Shown here: positions 28,604-38,220 of the stretch, piece by piece
Numbering within the stretch: the first letter of the stretch is position 1
Layout of the letters: every line of letters begins with the position of its first letter
From: a virus
Virus record (IMG/VR): IMGVR_UViG_3300020810_001175
Location: 1 to 64,000 of that record
DNA length: 64,000 nucleotides
Strand: one strand, 5' to 3'
Notes under the pieces: generated by a model
Told to the model about the DNA's origin: nothing
Seen by the model: only the letters and a program-made list of their open reading frames with translations
The model's database searches: none
Translations under genes and position numbers: made by a program

Positions 28604-29226
28604 TTATAGGAATATGTGGCTTGATTGGATCAGGCAAAGATACCATTGCTGATTATCTTGTGAACGATCATAACTTTGTAAAGTTGTCGTTTGCTGACAA
28701 GTTAAAAGATTCTGTGGCAGAAATGTTTGATTGGGACAGAAACTTGTTGGATGGTAAAACAGACGAGAGCAGAGCCTGGAGAGAACAATTAGATCCTTTC
28801 TGGAGCAAAGAAATGGGTCGTGATATCACTCCTAGATTTGTGCTTCAAGTGTTTGGCACAGAGTGTATGCGTGATGGGTTTTATGATGGTGTATGGGTAA
28901 GTCTTGCCAAAAAGAAAATCATAGACAATCCTCAAATAAATTGGGTTATACCAGATGTACGTTTTGAAAATGAAGCAGAAATGATTAAAGATATTAAAGG
29001 TGAAGTTTGGTGGATAAAACGAGGACAACTTCCTATATGGTTTAGAATGTATCAAGACATAGGTCAAAAACCTAAAGATGTACATCCATCAGAATGGGCA
29101 TGGGCCAACACAAAATTTGATGCTGAATTGTCCAACAACAGTACTATTGCTCAACTTAAAAATCAGGTACAAGATCGCCTTGTTTCCAACGGATTCCTTC
29201 AAGGTGTAAAGATCTTTGGCAATTAG
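28600..29226 (+). CDS. gp1: Deoxynucleoside monophosphate kinase (T4 gp1-like)
   Basis: IIGICGLIGSGKDT P-loop, SFADKLK, TPR.VLQ.FGTE..R, IPDVRFENE, HPSE. Confidence 0.9.
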   Translation: MIIGICGLIGSGKDTIADYLVNDHNFVKLSFADKLKDSVAEMFDWDRNLLDGKTDESRAWREQLDPFWSKEMGRDITPRFVLQVFGTECMRDGFYDGVWVSLAKKKIIDNPQINWVIPDVRFENEAEMIKDIKGEVWWIKRGQLPIWFRMYQDIGQKPKDVHPSEWAWANTKFDAELSNNSTIAQLKNQVQDRLVSNGFLQGVKIFGN

Positions 29227-29497
29227 CACACACTGTCTTTAAATTATTAAATTTACAATTATTAAGATCCCCGTCTATATGAAACACGTTAAAGTGTGAT
29301 TCGTAATCACTTTTGTGTCCGCATTTATCACATTTTTTATTAATTCTATATCCAGCAACGTGCCACTTGGGCATATATCCGCTAGGACCTCCATAACGCA
29401 AACACTGTTCACACTGTTTTCTATAATAGGTTTTATCACCTTTTTTATAGTTGACTGCTGACGGTCTTTGGTTACATTTGTTGCATAATGGTCTCAT
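29156..29497 (-). CDS. Zn-finger/HNH-like protein
   Basis: CxxC x3, VFHIDGDLNN...NLKTVCANC (HNH-like); own TAAATA at 29505-29510 on the minus strand. Confidence 0.6.
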   Translation of the reverse strand: MRPLCNKCNQRPSAVNYKKGDKTYYRKQCEQCLRYGGPSGYMPKWHVAGYRINKKCDKCGHKSDYESHFNVFHIDGDLNNCKFNNLKTVCANCQRSLHLEGIRWKQGDLVPDF

Positions 29498-29620
29498 ATA
29501 TGCTTATTTACCTGCCCTTTTCTGTCCCTTTTCTTCGACGTGTAATACAGTACGATTTGAGCATTTGTCATAAATACTAACAATAATAAAGTTTTACCAC
29601 TTTAATAGGAGATAAAGAAA

Positions 29621-32600
29621 ATGGCATTAGTTTCACCAGGAGTACAGGTTAGTGTAATAGACGAAAGTTTCTACACACCAGCAGAACCGGGCACAGTCCC
29701 AATGATATTTGTTGCTTCGGCACAAGATAAAACAAACAGTTCAGGAACAGGAACAGCACAAGGTACATTAGCCGCTAACGCAGGCAAAGTATACTTGATG
29801 ACTTCACAAAGAGAATTAGCAGAAACATTTGGCGATCCAGTTTTTAAAACTGACGCAAGTAATAATCCTATACACGGTGGTGAAACAAATGAATACGGAT
29901 TACAAGCGGCTTATTCTTATTTAGGTGTAGCCAACAGAGCATATGTTGTAAGAGCAGATATTAACTTAGGACAATTAGAAGCAAGTGCAACAGCACCGGC
30001 GGCTAATCCAGAATCAGGTACATACTGGTTTGACACAGCAAACTCTAAATTTGGAATTTTTGAATGGAATGGTGCTTCTGCATCAACAACAGGCGGACAA
30101 ACATTCACAAACAAAATACCTCACGTAATCACAGACACAGCATTTGTATCAGCAGGCATTCCTAAAAACTCTTTTGGACAAGCAGGCGATTATGCTATCG
30201 TGGCTACTGACGATGCTAACACAATGTATTATAAAAAATACAACGGTGACTGGGTAGCAGTTGGAACAGCAGACTGGGTTGGATCAAATCCAACTGTTTC
30301 TGGTTCTACAGCAACAGCAGGTTACACAGGTGTTATTGGTTCAGGTACAAACTTTACAATCACTATTAATGCTGGTGTGACAACAATCACAACAACAGGT
30401 ACAACAGTAACGCAAGTTGCGGCAGATATTTCAGGAGCAGGTGTTTCAGGTTTATCAGCAAGAGCAGTTGGTGGTTTATTAGCGATTTATTACAATGGTT
30501 CGGCAGATGCTGACATTCAAATTGCAAGTGGTACATTAGACACATCAATAGCATTAGGTATTGCTCCTGGTACTTACTATGTTCCAGCATTATCAACTGG
30601 TCCACACACTTCAGTTCCAGCATTCAAATCAACAGATTCGAATCCAAGACCAACTGGTTCTGTTTGGGTTAAAACAACTACTCCTAATTCAGGGGCTGTT
30701 TGGGCAGTTAAAAAATTCAACGGTACTACAAAATTATGGGAAACTATTTCCGCACCAATTTACGCAAGTAACGAAGAGGCTTTATACAATTTAGATAGAG
30801 CAGGCGGCGGATTAAATCTTGCTGTAGGCGATCTGTATATTGATTGGGAAAATTCTGCAACTGGTTTAGATCAAACTATTCACAGAAGAGAATCAACAGG
30901 TTCAACAGCAATCACAAGTTCAGTGATAGCGGCACAAGTTTCAACTGGTGCTCAATCATTTACTATTGCTGAATCAATTGTTGGTCAAGCGGCTTTAAAT
31001 TCAGCAATCACTGTTAGTGTAACTCCAACAGGAGCGGCAACTGACGCAGATTTAATTGCTGGTCAAATCAATGGCGCAGGCTTTACAAACATTAAAGCAA
31101 GTGTTGATGCAACTAACAGAGTAGTAATTGAACATACAAAAGGCGGAGACTTTGTGATAGTAGATACATCAGGTGTATTTGCTTCTATGGGATTCTCAGC
31201 ATACAATTATGTGACAAAAGCAGGAACACCAAACTTATACACAGATGGTTCAAACTTTAGAGCAACTAACTGGAAAATTTTATCTTACACACCAAGTGAC
31301 ACAGCAGTAACAACAACTGCGGCAGACGGTCAATTATGGTATTCATCAATTGTTGATGAAGTTGATATAATGTATCACAACGGTACAGACTGGAAAGGAT
31401 ACTCAGCAGTATCAAGTTCAGATCCAGCAGGTCCACAAGTTAAATCAACTGCTCCAACTACACAATCAGATGGAACAGCACTTGTAGAAGGTGACTTATG
31501 GATTTCAACAGCAGACTTAGAAAACTATCCAACAATTTACAAATGGAATGCTTCTACTTTGAAATGGGTTGAAGTTGACAAAACTGATCAAACAACAGAA
31601 AACGGAATATTGTTTGCTGATGCGAGATGGAGTACAGCAGGTGCTAATTCAACTGCGGCTACAATCGCTGAATTATTAGCAAGTGATTACTTAGACACAG
31701 ATGCTCCAGATCCAGCATTATATCCAAAAGGTATGTTGTTATGGAACCTAAGACGTTCTGGATTTAATGTTAAGAAATTTGTGAGAAATCATGTTGATGT
31801 AACAGCAAGAAACACAAGAGGTTCAGACAAAGACTCTCTAATGTCAAGTTACTATCCACACAAATGGGTAACTGAATCAGCAAACCAAGTAGACGGTGCA
31901 GGTTCGTTTGGCAGAAAAGCACAAAGAAAAGTTATTATACAATCTTTACAAGCAATGGTTAACTCTAATCAAGAAATTAGAGATGACGAATCTAGATTGT
32001 TCAATTTAATGGCAACACCTGGTTATCCAGAATTGATTGGTGAAATGATTTCACTAAACAATGATAGAGGATTATCAGCATTTATAGTTGGTGACTCACC
32101 AATGAGATTAACACCAGATGCAACAACTTTACAAGATTGGGCATCAAATGTTAAAAAAGCAGTTGAAGATAACGACAATGGTTTAGTAAGCACAGACTCA
32201 TACTTGGGTGTGTTTTATCCATCAGGTTTCACTTCAGACAACTTTGGTAACAATGTAGTTGTTCCAGCATCACACATGATGTTAAGAACTATTGCGTTAA
32301 GTGATCAGGTTAGTTTCCCATGGTTTGCTCCAGCAGGAACTAGAAGAGGTGGAATTACAAACGCTTCAGCAACAGGTTATATCAACAGCGAAGGTGAATT
32401 TGTTTCAACAGCATTAAATGAAGGTCAAAGAGACACATTGTACACAAACAATGTAAACCCAATCACTTTCATAACAGGTGCTGGTTTAGTGAACTACGGA
32501 CAAAAAACTAGATTTGCTGGAAGTTCTGCACTAGACAGAATCAACGTTGCTAGATTAGTAATCTACTTAAGAAGTCAATTGAACAAATTGGCAAGACCTT

Positions 32601-32851
32601 ATGTGTTTGAACCAAATGATAAAATCACAAGAGATGAAATCAAGGCTCAAGCAGAAAGTTTATTACTAGAACTAGTGGGTAATAGAGCAATCTATGACTT
32701 CTTAGTTGTGTGTGATGAATCAAACAACACACCTACAAGAATAGACAGAAACGAGTTGTACTTGGATATTGCAATTGAACCAGTCAAAGCAGTTGAGTTC
32801 ATCTACGTACCATTAAGATTGAAAAACACTGGTGAAATAGCAGGATTATAA
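29621..32851 (+). CDS. gp18: Contractile tail sheath protein
   Basis: MALVSPGVQVSVIDES, PWFAPAGTRRG, RDTLY...VNPI, GQKT, SALDRINVARL, FEPND, VVCDESNNTP..IDRNEL..DIAIEPVKAVEFI; TAAATA at 29571 and TAGGAG RBS. Confidence 0.95.
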   Translation: MALVSPGVQVSVIDESFYTPAEPGTVPMIFVASAQDKTNSSGTGTAQGTLAANAGKVYLMTSQRELAETFGDPVFKTDASNNPIHGGETNEYGLQAAYSYLGVANRAYVVRADINLGQLEASATAPAANPESGTYWFDTANSKFGIFEWNGASASTTGGQTFTNKIPHVITDTAFVSAGIPKNSFGQAGDYAIVATDDANTMYYKKYNGDWVAVGTADWVGSNPTVSGSTATAGYTGVIGSGTNFTITINAGVTTITTTGTTVTQVAADISGAGVSGLSARAVGGLLAIYYNGSADADIQIASGTLDTSIALGIAPGTYYVPALSTGPHTSVPAFKSTDSNPRPTGSVWVKTTTPNSGAVWAVKKFNGTTKLWETISAPIYASNEEALYNLDRAGGGLNLAVGDLYIDWENSATGLDQTIHRRESTGSTAITSSVIAAQVSTGAQSFTIAESIVGQAALNSAITVSVTPTGAATDADLIAGQINGAGFTNIKASVDATNRVVIEHTKGGDFVIVDTSGVFASMGFSAYNYVTKAGTPNLYTDGSNFRATNWKILSYTPSDTAVTTTAADGQLWYSSIVDEVDIMYHNGTDWKGYSAVSSSDPAGPQVKSTAPTTQSDGTALVEGDLWISTADLENYPTIYKWNASTLKWVEVDKTDQTTENGILFADARWSTAGANSTAATIAELLASDYLDTDAPDPALYPKGMLLWNLRRSGFNVKKFVRNHVDVTARNTRGSDKDSLMSSYYPHKWVTESANQVDGAGSFGRKAQRKVIIQSLQAMVNSNQEIRDDESRLFNLMATPGYPELIGEMISLNNDRGLSAFIVGDSPMRLTPDATTLQDWASNVKKAVEDNDNGLVSTDSYLGVFYPSGFTSDNFGNNVVVPASHMMLRTIALSDQVSFPWFAPAGTRRGGITNASATGYINSEGEFVSTALNEGQRDTLYTNNVNPITFITGAGLVNYGQKTRFAGSSALDRINVARLVIYLRSQLNKLARPYVFEPNDKITRDEIKAQAESLLLELVGNRAIYDFLVVCDESNNTPTRIDRNELYLDIAIEPVKAVEFIYVPLRLKNTGEIAGL

Positions 32852-32877
32852 TAAGATAAATATTATAGGAGAAACAA

Positions 32878-33504
32878 ATGAGTATATCTACACTATCAAA
32901 AATTACAGTACCTTTAGACAGTAACCAATCTGCTTCTAATCAAGGTCTGTTAATGCCAAAGTTACAGTATCGTTTTAGAGTAAGTCTTGAAAACTTTGGT
33001 GTATCTACACCAACTACTGAACTTACAAAACAAGTTGTAGATGTAACAAGACCCAATTTAACTTTCGAAACAACAACAATTGATGTTTACAACTCAAAAG
33101 TATATCTAGCAGGTAAACACAGTTGGGAAACTGTAACACTTACATTAAGAGAAGATGTTTCTAACAATGTTCAAAAACTTGTTGGTGAACAATTACAAAA
33201 ACAATTTGACTTCTTTGAAATGAGTGCGGCGGCTTCAGGTAGCGATTACAAATTCGTTACAAGAATAGAAATTACAGACGGTGCGAATGGTGCCAACCAA
33301 GTTAATGTTTTAGAAACATTTGAACTATATGGTTGCTACATTGAAAACGCAAACTATAACCAATTAGCATATGGTACAAGTGACCCTGTAACAGTAACAT
33401 TATCACTAAGATATGATAATGCTATACAAACACCTCAAGGTACTGGCGTAGGAACTGCTGTAGGCAGAACTGTAAACACTTTAATTACAGGCGGCGGTGC
33501 GTAA
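32878..33504 (+). CDS. gp19: Tail tube protein
   Basis: Follows sheath; LQYRFRV, YLAGKHSW..VTLTLRED, E.FELYGC, LSLRYDNA; TAAATA at 32857 and TAGGAG RBS. Confidence 0.85.
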   Translation: MSISTLSKITVPLDSNQSASNQGLLMPKLQYRFRVSLENFGVSTPTTELTKQVVDVTRPNLTFETTTIDVYNSKVYLAGKHSWETVTLTLREDVSNNVQKLVGEQLQKQFDFFEMSAAASGSDYKFVTRIEITDGANGANQVNVLETFELYGCYIENANYNQLAYGTSDPVTVTLSLRYDNAIQTPQGTGVGTAVGRTVNTLITGGGA

Positions 33505-33529
33505 TTTTCGTAAGCATTTATAAAGCAAT

Positions 33530-33551
33530 AAGGGGCTTCGGCCCCTTTTTT
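33530..33551 (+). terminator. Intrinsic terminator after the tail tube gene
   Basis: AAGGGGC-TTCG-GCCCCTT hairpin (UUCG tetraloop) followed by a T tract. Confidence 0.9.
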
Positions 33552-33593
33552 GTTTTTAAAACATCACATTTTTCCCGTACATAAATACAGTAT

Positions 33594-34727
33594 ATGGCAA
33601 ATTTACTCAAAGGGTTTTTAGATAATGTGTTCAAAGGTACCTTGAATCCAAAAGGTAATTTGGCAGATTTTGCTCACGCATCAAGATTGTATGTTGATGA
33701 CAGTTTTAGATTAGCACCCAAACAAAAGTTTTTATACCATGTTGTATTCAACATAAACCCACAAGCAAAAGTAACTGATCCACCATTAAGCAATCATCAA
33801 CGTGAATTGAATATGTTGGTAAAATCAGTGGACTTGCCACAATACACTGTGGACATGGTAACTGCACAACAGTACAATGTAAAAAGAAAAATACAAACAA
33901 AAATTTCATACGATCCAATCAACATCACATTTCATGATGACAATTATGGAGTAACAACTGCTCTTTGGGAAACATATTATAGATATTATTACAATGACGG
34001 AAATTATGGATCAAAAGATACTCAAGGAAATCAATCTACAAACACAAACAGATCATACAGCAAAAGCGGTGGATTGACCAACAACAAGAACACACAAAAC
34101 AGATTTGGTTTAGATAATGATGCTAACATTCCATTTTTTACCAGCATACAGATTTATCAAATGGCAAGAAAAACTTACACTTGCTATACGCTGGTAAATC
34201 CAATTGTGCAAAGATGGCAACACGACACAATGAACAATCAAGAGTCTGCACCAGTACAGAATCAGATGACTGTGGAATATGAAGCAGTGTTTTATTCAAG
34301 AGGCAGAGTTCAAGCCAACGGTGCTCCAGCAGGATTTGGTCAAGAGCATTACGATAAAACCCCATCACCTAATTCTTTATCAGGTGGAGGATCCACAAGT
34401 TTATTAGGTACAGGAGGAATTCTTTCAGGTCTGTTTGGAGCCAACGACGGACCATATACATACATTGGTAGTCAATTAGGTGGAGGTAGAGGAGGAATCA
34501 CATTGGGTTCAATAATACGAACTGCCAACAGATTAAAAAATGCTAAAAATTTATCAAAAGAAGGATTAAAACAAGAAGGTTTCAATATATTAACAGGAGC
34601 CATTGGAAGAATAGGAAACACAGCAGATCAAGCCTACGGTGTGCCTAACACATTTATAGGAAGAAGTGCTTCAAATATTGGTTCAGGTTTAAAAGCAGTA
34701 ACAAAAGCATTAATAAGGAATAGATAA
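33594..34727 (+). CDS. Baseplate tail tube initiator/hub (tube-fold, gp54/gp48-like)
   Basis: LVKSVDLPQY, QYN.KR..QT.I.YDPINITFHDD, LVNP, M.VEYE tube-like motifs; position after the tube gene. Confidence 0.6.
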   Translation: MANLLKGFLDNVFKGTLNPKGNLADFAHASRLYVDDSFRLAPKQKFLYHVVFNINPQAKVTDPPLSNHQRELNMLVKSVDLPQYTVDMVTAQQYNVKRKIQTKISYDPINITFHDDNYGVTTALWETYYRYYYNDGNYGSKDTQGNQSTNTNRSYSKSGGLTNNKNTQNRFGLDNDANIPFFTSIQIYQMARKTYTCYTLVNPIVQRWQHDTMNNQESAPVQNQMTVEYEAVFYSRGRVQANGAPAGFGQEHYDKTPSPNSLSGGGSTSLLGTGGILSGLFGANDGPYTYIGSQLGGGRGGITLGSIIRTANRLKNAKNLSKEGLKQEGFNILTGAIGRIGNTADQAYGVPNTFIGRSASNIGSGLKAVTKALIRNR

Positions 34728-35089
34728 TGTCAAATTTACCAAGTAACAACAACGATAGCAATCGACCAGTAAAAGAATTTTTCAATAATTATTTCAATGA
34801 TACTCTTTCTTTTCCAAGCAATGATGTTGATGCTGTGGTTGGATTTTTTGAATCAAGAGGTTTCGATAGAACGGCAAGTATTTCAACTGCCACGGTGATA
34901 CTACAACAGGCTAAAATTGACGGAGTAAAAGTTTTTGAATTGTTAGATACACTTAAAGGTATGGATAAAGTTCAATTGAGTTATATTGTAACAGAAATTT
35001 TAAACCATAACAGATCAAACACATCTTCCCTTGGATACAAAGTAAAAACTGAAAACAGTTTATCTGAAAAAAGAAACATAGTGGTATAA
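34727..35089 (+). CDS. Hypothetical protein
   Basis: 120-aa ORF, TAATG-coupled to the upstream gene. Confidence 0.5.
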   Translation: MSNLPSNNNDSNRPVKEFFNNYFNDTLSFPSNDVDAVVGFFESRGFDRTASISTATVILQQAKIDGVKVFELLDTLKGMDKVQLSYIVTEILNHNRSNTSSLGYKVKTENSLSEKRNIVV

Positions 35090-35093
35090 TCCA

Positions 35094-35531
35094 ATGGCGA
35101 AGTTCGCTCAAGGTAGATTCCAAATGAAATTTCCAGACAAGTACATTGGAGGAAGAACTCCATTGTATCGTAGCAGTTGGGAATTTGCATTTATGAGATT
35201 TTGTGACGAAAGTCCTAGCATACAAAAATGGGCTAACGAATCGATAAAGATTCCGTATAAACATCCACTCACAGGCAAATACACAATTTATGTTCCTGAT
35301 TTTTTTATTGCATACACAGATAAAAATGGGAAGCCACACGCAGAAGTGATAGAAATAAAACCAGAAAATCAAACACTGGTAGAGAAAGTTGGAAAGAATA
35401 GATACAATCAAGCACAATTGATTATAAACAAAGCCAAATGGATGAGTGCTCAAATGTGGTGTAAGAACAAAGGGTTTAAGTTTAGAGTAATCAATGAAAA
35501 AGATATTTTTCACAATGGTAGAAAAGGTTAA
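35094..35531 (+). CDS. gp4: Head completion nuclease (T4 gp4-like, TnsA-like fold)
   Basis: QGRF....PDKYIG, YRSSWE, WANE...IPY, YVPDF, EIKP, N.AKW..A..WC...G..FRVINE. Confidence 0.85.
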   Translation: MAKFAQGRFQMKFPDKYIGGRTPLYRSSWEFAFMRFCDESPSIQKWANESIKIPYKHPLTGKYTIYVPDFFIAYTDKNGKPHAEVIEIKPENQTLVEKVGKNRYNQAQLIINKAKWMSAQMWCKNKGFKFRVINEKDIFHNGRKG

Positions 35532-36067
35532 TGAGCGTTCGCAAAATAAAAGAATGGGCGTGGCCTTTTATTAAAAATTTTAGAACATACATAGATGTTG
35601 GTGCTCTTGATGGAGACACTTCTGTTCCATTTGTAAATGATTTTAAAAAAGTTATTGCGTTTGAGCCAAATCCTTTAACATTTAAAAAAATTCCAGAAAC
35701 AATCGAAAAATATAATGTTGCATTAGGCAATACTAACGAAACACAAACATTGATAATTCCAGATAACAAACAAAACAATCCTGGTTATGGAAGTTTTGTA
35801 CGATATGGAAAAGGTTTAGGTAATCACAAAGTATCTGTTAAATGTTTAGATGATTATAATTTTGAAGATGTAGATTTTATAAAAATAGATGTTGAATGGT
35901 ATGAATTAAAAGTTTGCCAAGGTGCAGAACAAACCATAAAGAAATATATGCCAACCATAATGTTTGAAAACAAAAGAAACGAAGCAGATAATTGTAAAGC
36001 CTACCTAGAATCACTTGGATACCAAACCAAAAAGTACAAGTCAGAGACCATAGCATACACTAAATAG
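35531..36067 (+). CDS. FkbM-family SAM methyltransferase
   Basis: IDVGALDG, AFEPNP, VALG, LDDY...VDFIKIDVE.YE..V..GA. Confidence 0.85.
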   Translation: MSVRKIKEWAWPFIKNFRTYIDVGALDGDTSVPFVNDFKKVIAFEPNPLTFKKIPETIEKYNVALGNTNETQTLIIPDNKQNNPGYGSFVRYGKGLGNHKVSVKCLDDYNFEDVDFIKIDVEWYELKVCQGAEQTIKKYMPTIMFENKRNEADNCKAYLESLGYQTKKYKSETIAYTK

Positions 36068-36078
36068 AAATATAAGTT

Positions 36079-36609
36079 ATGACCAAAAAATTAGAAGAAC
36101 TACTCAATCTTCCAGAATCACAGGATATTGTGAAAGAAGAACAAGACAAAGCCAAAGTGGAAGAGAAAAAAGTAGAAAAGAAAAATAAAAGCATTGAACA
36201 ACAGCAGTCTACAATGAGTAACATTGCCGAATTTGATAAAATTGCGGCGGCATTACCAAAAGTAGAAGGGTTAGGTGAAATGGGAGATGCTGAACTAGAC
36301 GATGTGGGACAAAGAGCAATCACAGCCTATGAAGACCTCATGGATTTAGGCATGAACGTTGAAAGCAGATATTCAGCACGTATTTTTGAGGTAGCAGGAC
36401 AAATGCTTAAAACCACATTAGATGCCAAAGTTGCCAAAATAGATAAGAAGTTAAAAATGGTGGATTTACAACTAAAAAAACAAAAACAAGACATTAAAAC
36501 AGGTGATTCCGACTCAAACGTGGTGCAAGGTGAAGGATATGTAATATCAGACCGTAACAGTTTATTGGAAAAACTAAAAAAGATGGATAAATACAACGAT
36601 GACAAGTAG
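36079..36609 (+). CDS. Possible terminase small subunit / helical hypothetical protein
   Basis: Helical coiled-coil; ARIFEVAGQMLKT and C-terminal DRNSLLE resemble gp16-like proteins; upstream of terL. Confidence 0.45.
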   Translation: MTKKLEELLNLPESQDIVKEEQDKAKVEEKKVEKKNKSIEQQQSTMSNIAEFDKIAAALPKVEGLGEMGDAELDDVGQRAITAYEDLMDLGMNVESRYSARIFEVAGQMLKTTLDAKVAKIDKKLKMVDLQLKKQKQDIKTGDSDSNVVQGEGYVISDRNSLLEKLKKMDKYNDDK

Positions 36610-37186
36610 ATTAAAACAGATATTAGCAGAAAGCACAAAATCATACCCATTTAAAATTGGAGTAGCAGGTGATTTACCTGAAGGTTTTGCTGACCATTTA
36701 GAATCAGCACTAGAGAAATTTGTGGTTGTAAAAATGAGCAACGGCAAGAAAACTCCAATACAAAAAAGACCATTAGATTTTCCTGCTCTTGAAAATGAAA
36801 GAGCAACATACTTCGAAACAGAATTACAATACCCAACAACAACACAAGTTCTACAACAGTACATCAAAAACTATTGTGGTATACCTGAAAGTCATGTAAT
36901 TGTGAGAAACCCAAATGAACCACAAGAAGCATACCAAGAACCTAAAAGCGATGAACCATACGAAGCAATGTTAAATTCAGAATATGAAGAAAACAAAGAT
37001 GCACAGAAGTCAGCAGGCTCTATGAGAGTTATGGAATTATTGAAAGAATTAGAGAAAGCACGTAAGGAAAGACACGCACCAGATGCCGCAGGCGATATCA
37101 AAGCACCTAAGGATGGTGGTACAACTGAAAATGCTGAAGACTCAAAAGGTAAAGTTTCACCGATATCAGGAAAAGGAAAAAAATAA
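36599..37186 (+). CDS. Hypothetical head-associated protein
   Basis: N-terminal LKQILAES, similar to T4 internal-protein/protease-site motifs; TAAATA at 36588. Confidence 0.4.
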   Translation: MTSRLKQILAESTKSYPFKIGVAGDLPEGFADHLESALEKFVVVKMSNGKKTPIQKRPLDFPALENERATYFETELQYPTTTQVLQQYIKNYCGIPESHVIVRNPNEPQEAYQEPKSDEPYEAMLNSEYEENKDAQKSAGSMRVMELLKELEKARKERHAPDAAGDIKAPKDGGTTENAEDSKGKVSPISGKGKK

Positions 37187-37740
37187 TGGACATTAGAGAT
37201 TTTTTATACAAGATTGATGCTATTCAAAACAAAGAACAATTAAAAGAAGATGTTAAAAGAACACACATCAAAGAAGCATCACAAGTTATGTTGTATGGTG
37301 ACACACCAGAAGACATGGCGGCAATAGCACAAATTTTTAAAAGTGCAGGAGTTACGCCTCCGGCAATAGCAATTGGTCCTAAGCCAGAAGAAAGTGTAGA
37401 AGAAGAAATTCCAGGCAAAGCAAACACAACACCTGAACCAGAATACAAAGACACGCAATACATGACAAAAGATTTATCAGGTGGTGCAAACAAAATTAAA
37501 AAGTCTTACAGAAAAGAATATCCTGGAGACAATCCTATGGCAGTTGAAAAGACTGAAGAAGTTCAATCATCAATCAAAGAAGCATTGAAACAAGCCTACG
37601 AAGCAAAAAAGAAGGCACAATCACCATACGCAATTGGCATGGCAAAAGCAATGAAAATGAAAGGTGACACACCACCTTTAGAAAAAAGCACAATTAAAAA
37701 AGCACACGACATAGCCAAAGCAATCGCAAAAGACAAGTAA
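37186..37740 (+). CDS. Hypothetical head/prohead core-like protein
   Basis: Charged, low complexity; repeated (L/I)KE motifs; SPYAIGMA..K module. Confidence 0.4.
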   Translation: MDIRDFLYKIDAIQNKEQLKEDVKRTHIKEASQVMLYGDTPEDMAAIAQIFKSAGVTPPAIAIGPKPEESVEEEIPGKANTTPEPEYKDTQYMTKDLSGGANKIKKSYRKEYPGDNPMAVEKTEEVQSSIKEALKQAYEAKKKAQSPYAIGMAKAMKMKGDTPPLEKSTIKKAHDIAKAIAKDK

Positions 37741-37780
37741 TAGCATTTAATCTTTTCATAAAAATCAGTTAAATATTTTT

Positions 37781-38206
37781 ATGAGAGACAGTTACATCTG
37801 GGCTTTTTACAAAATAGTAAAAGAAGTTCAAACAAAAACTGGATACGAGTTACCACACAACGTGGAGTCTTACGTCACGATACTTTTGGCAAATCACATA
37901 GATAAAACAAATTTCCTTCCAAAGAAAACATTTGCAGAAAGTTTTTTAAATCTTTGTTACACATCTTGGAGAGATTCAGTTGCGTTGGGCGATACTTGTT
38001 TATTCATGACAGGAGTTTTTCCAGAGTATCATACTTCTAAAGGATTTGATGTAGAGTATTTCAGCAATATAGGAAAATCATCGTATGACCAAGCAACTGA
38101 AAAAAATCCAGAGTCGATATACGGCACACTGTCAAAAAACTTCAACTTTGTGCGTGATTTCATATCTATCACAGTCAATAAGAAGGATTTGACCCCCATC
38201 TTGTAG
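37781..38206 (+). CDS. Hypothetical protein
   Basis: 141-aa ORF with its own TAAATA at 37770; LGD.CLF.TG.FP and YF..IG..SY motifs. Confidence 0.5.
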   Translation: MRDSYIWAFYKIVKEVQTKTGYELPHNVESYVTILLANHIDKTNFLPKKTFAESFLNLCYTSWRDSVALGDTCLFMTGVFPEYHTSKGFDVEYFSNIGKSSYDQATEKNPESIYGTLSKNFNFVRDFISITVNKKDLTPIL

Positions 38207-38220
38207 CATAAGTACAGTAT

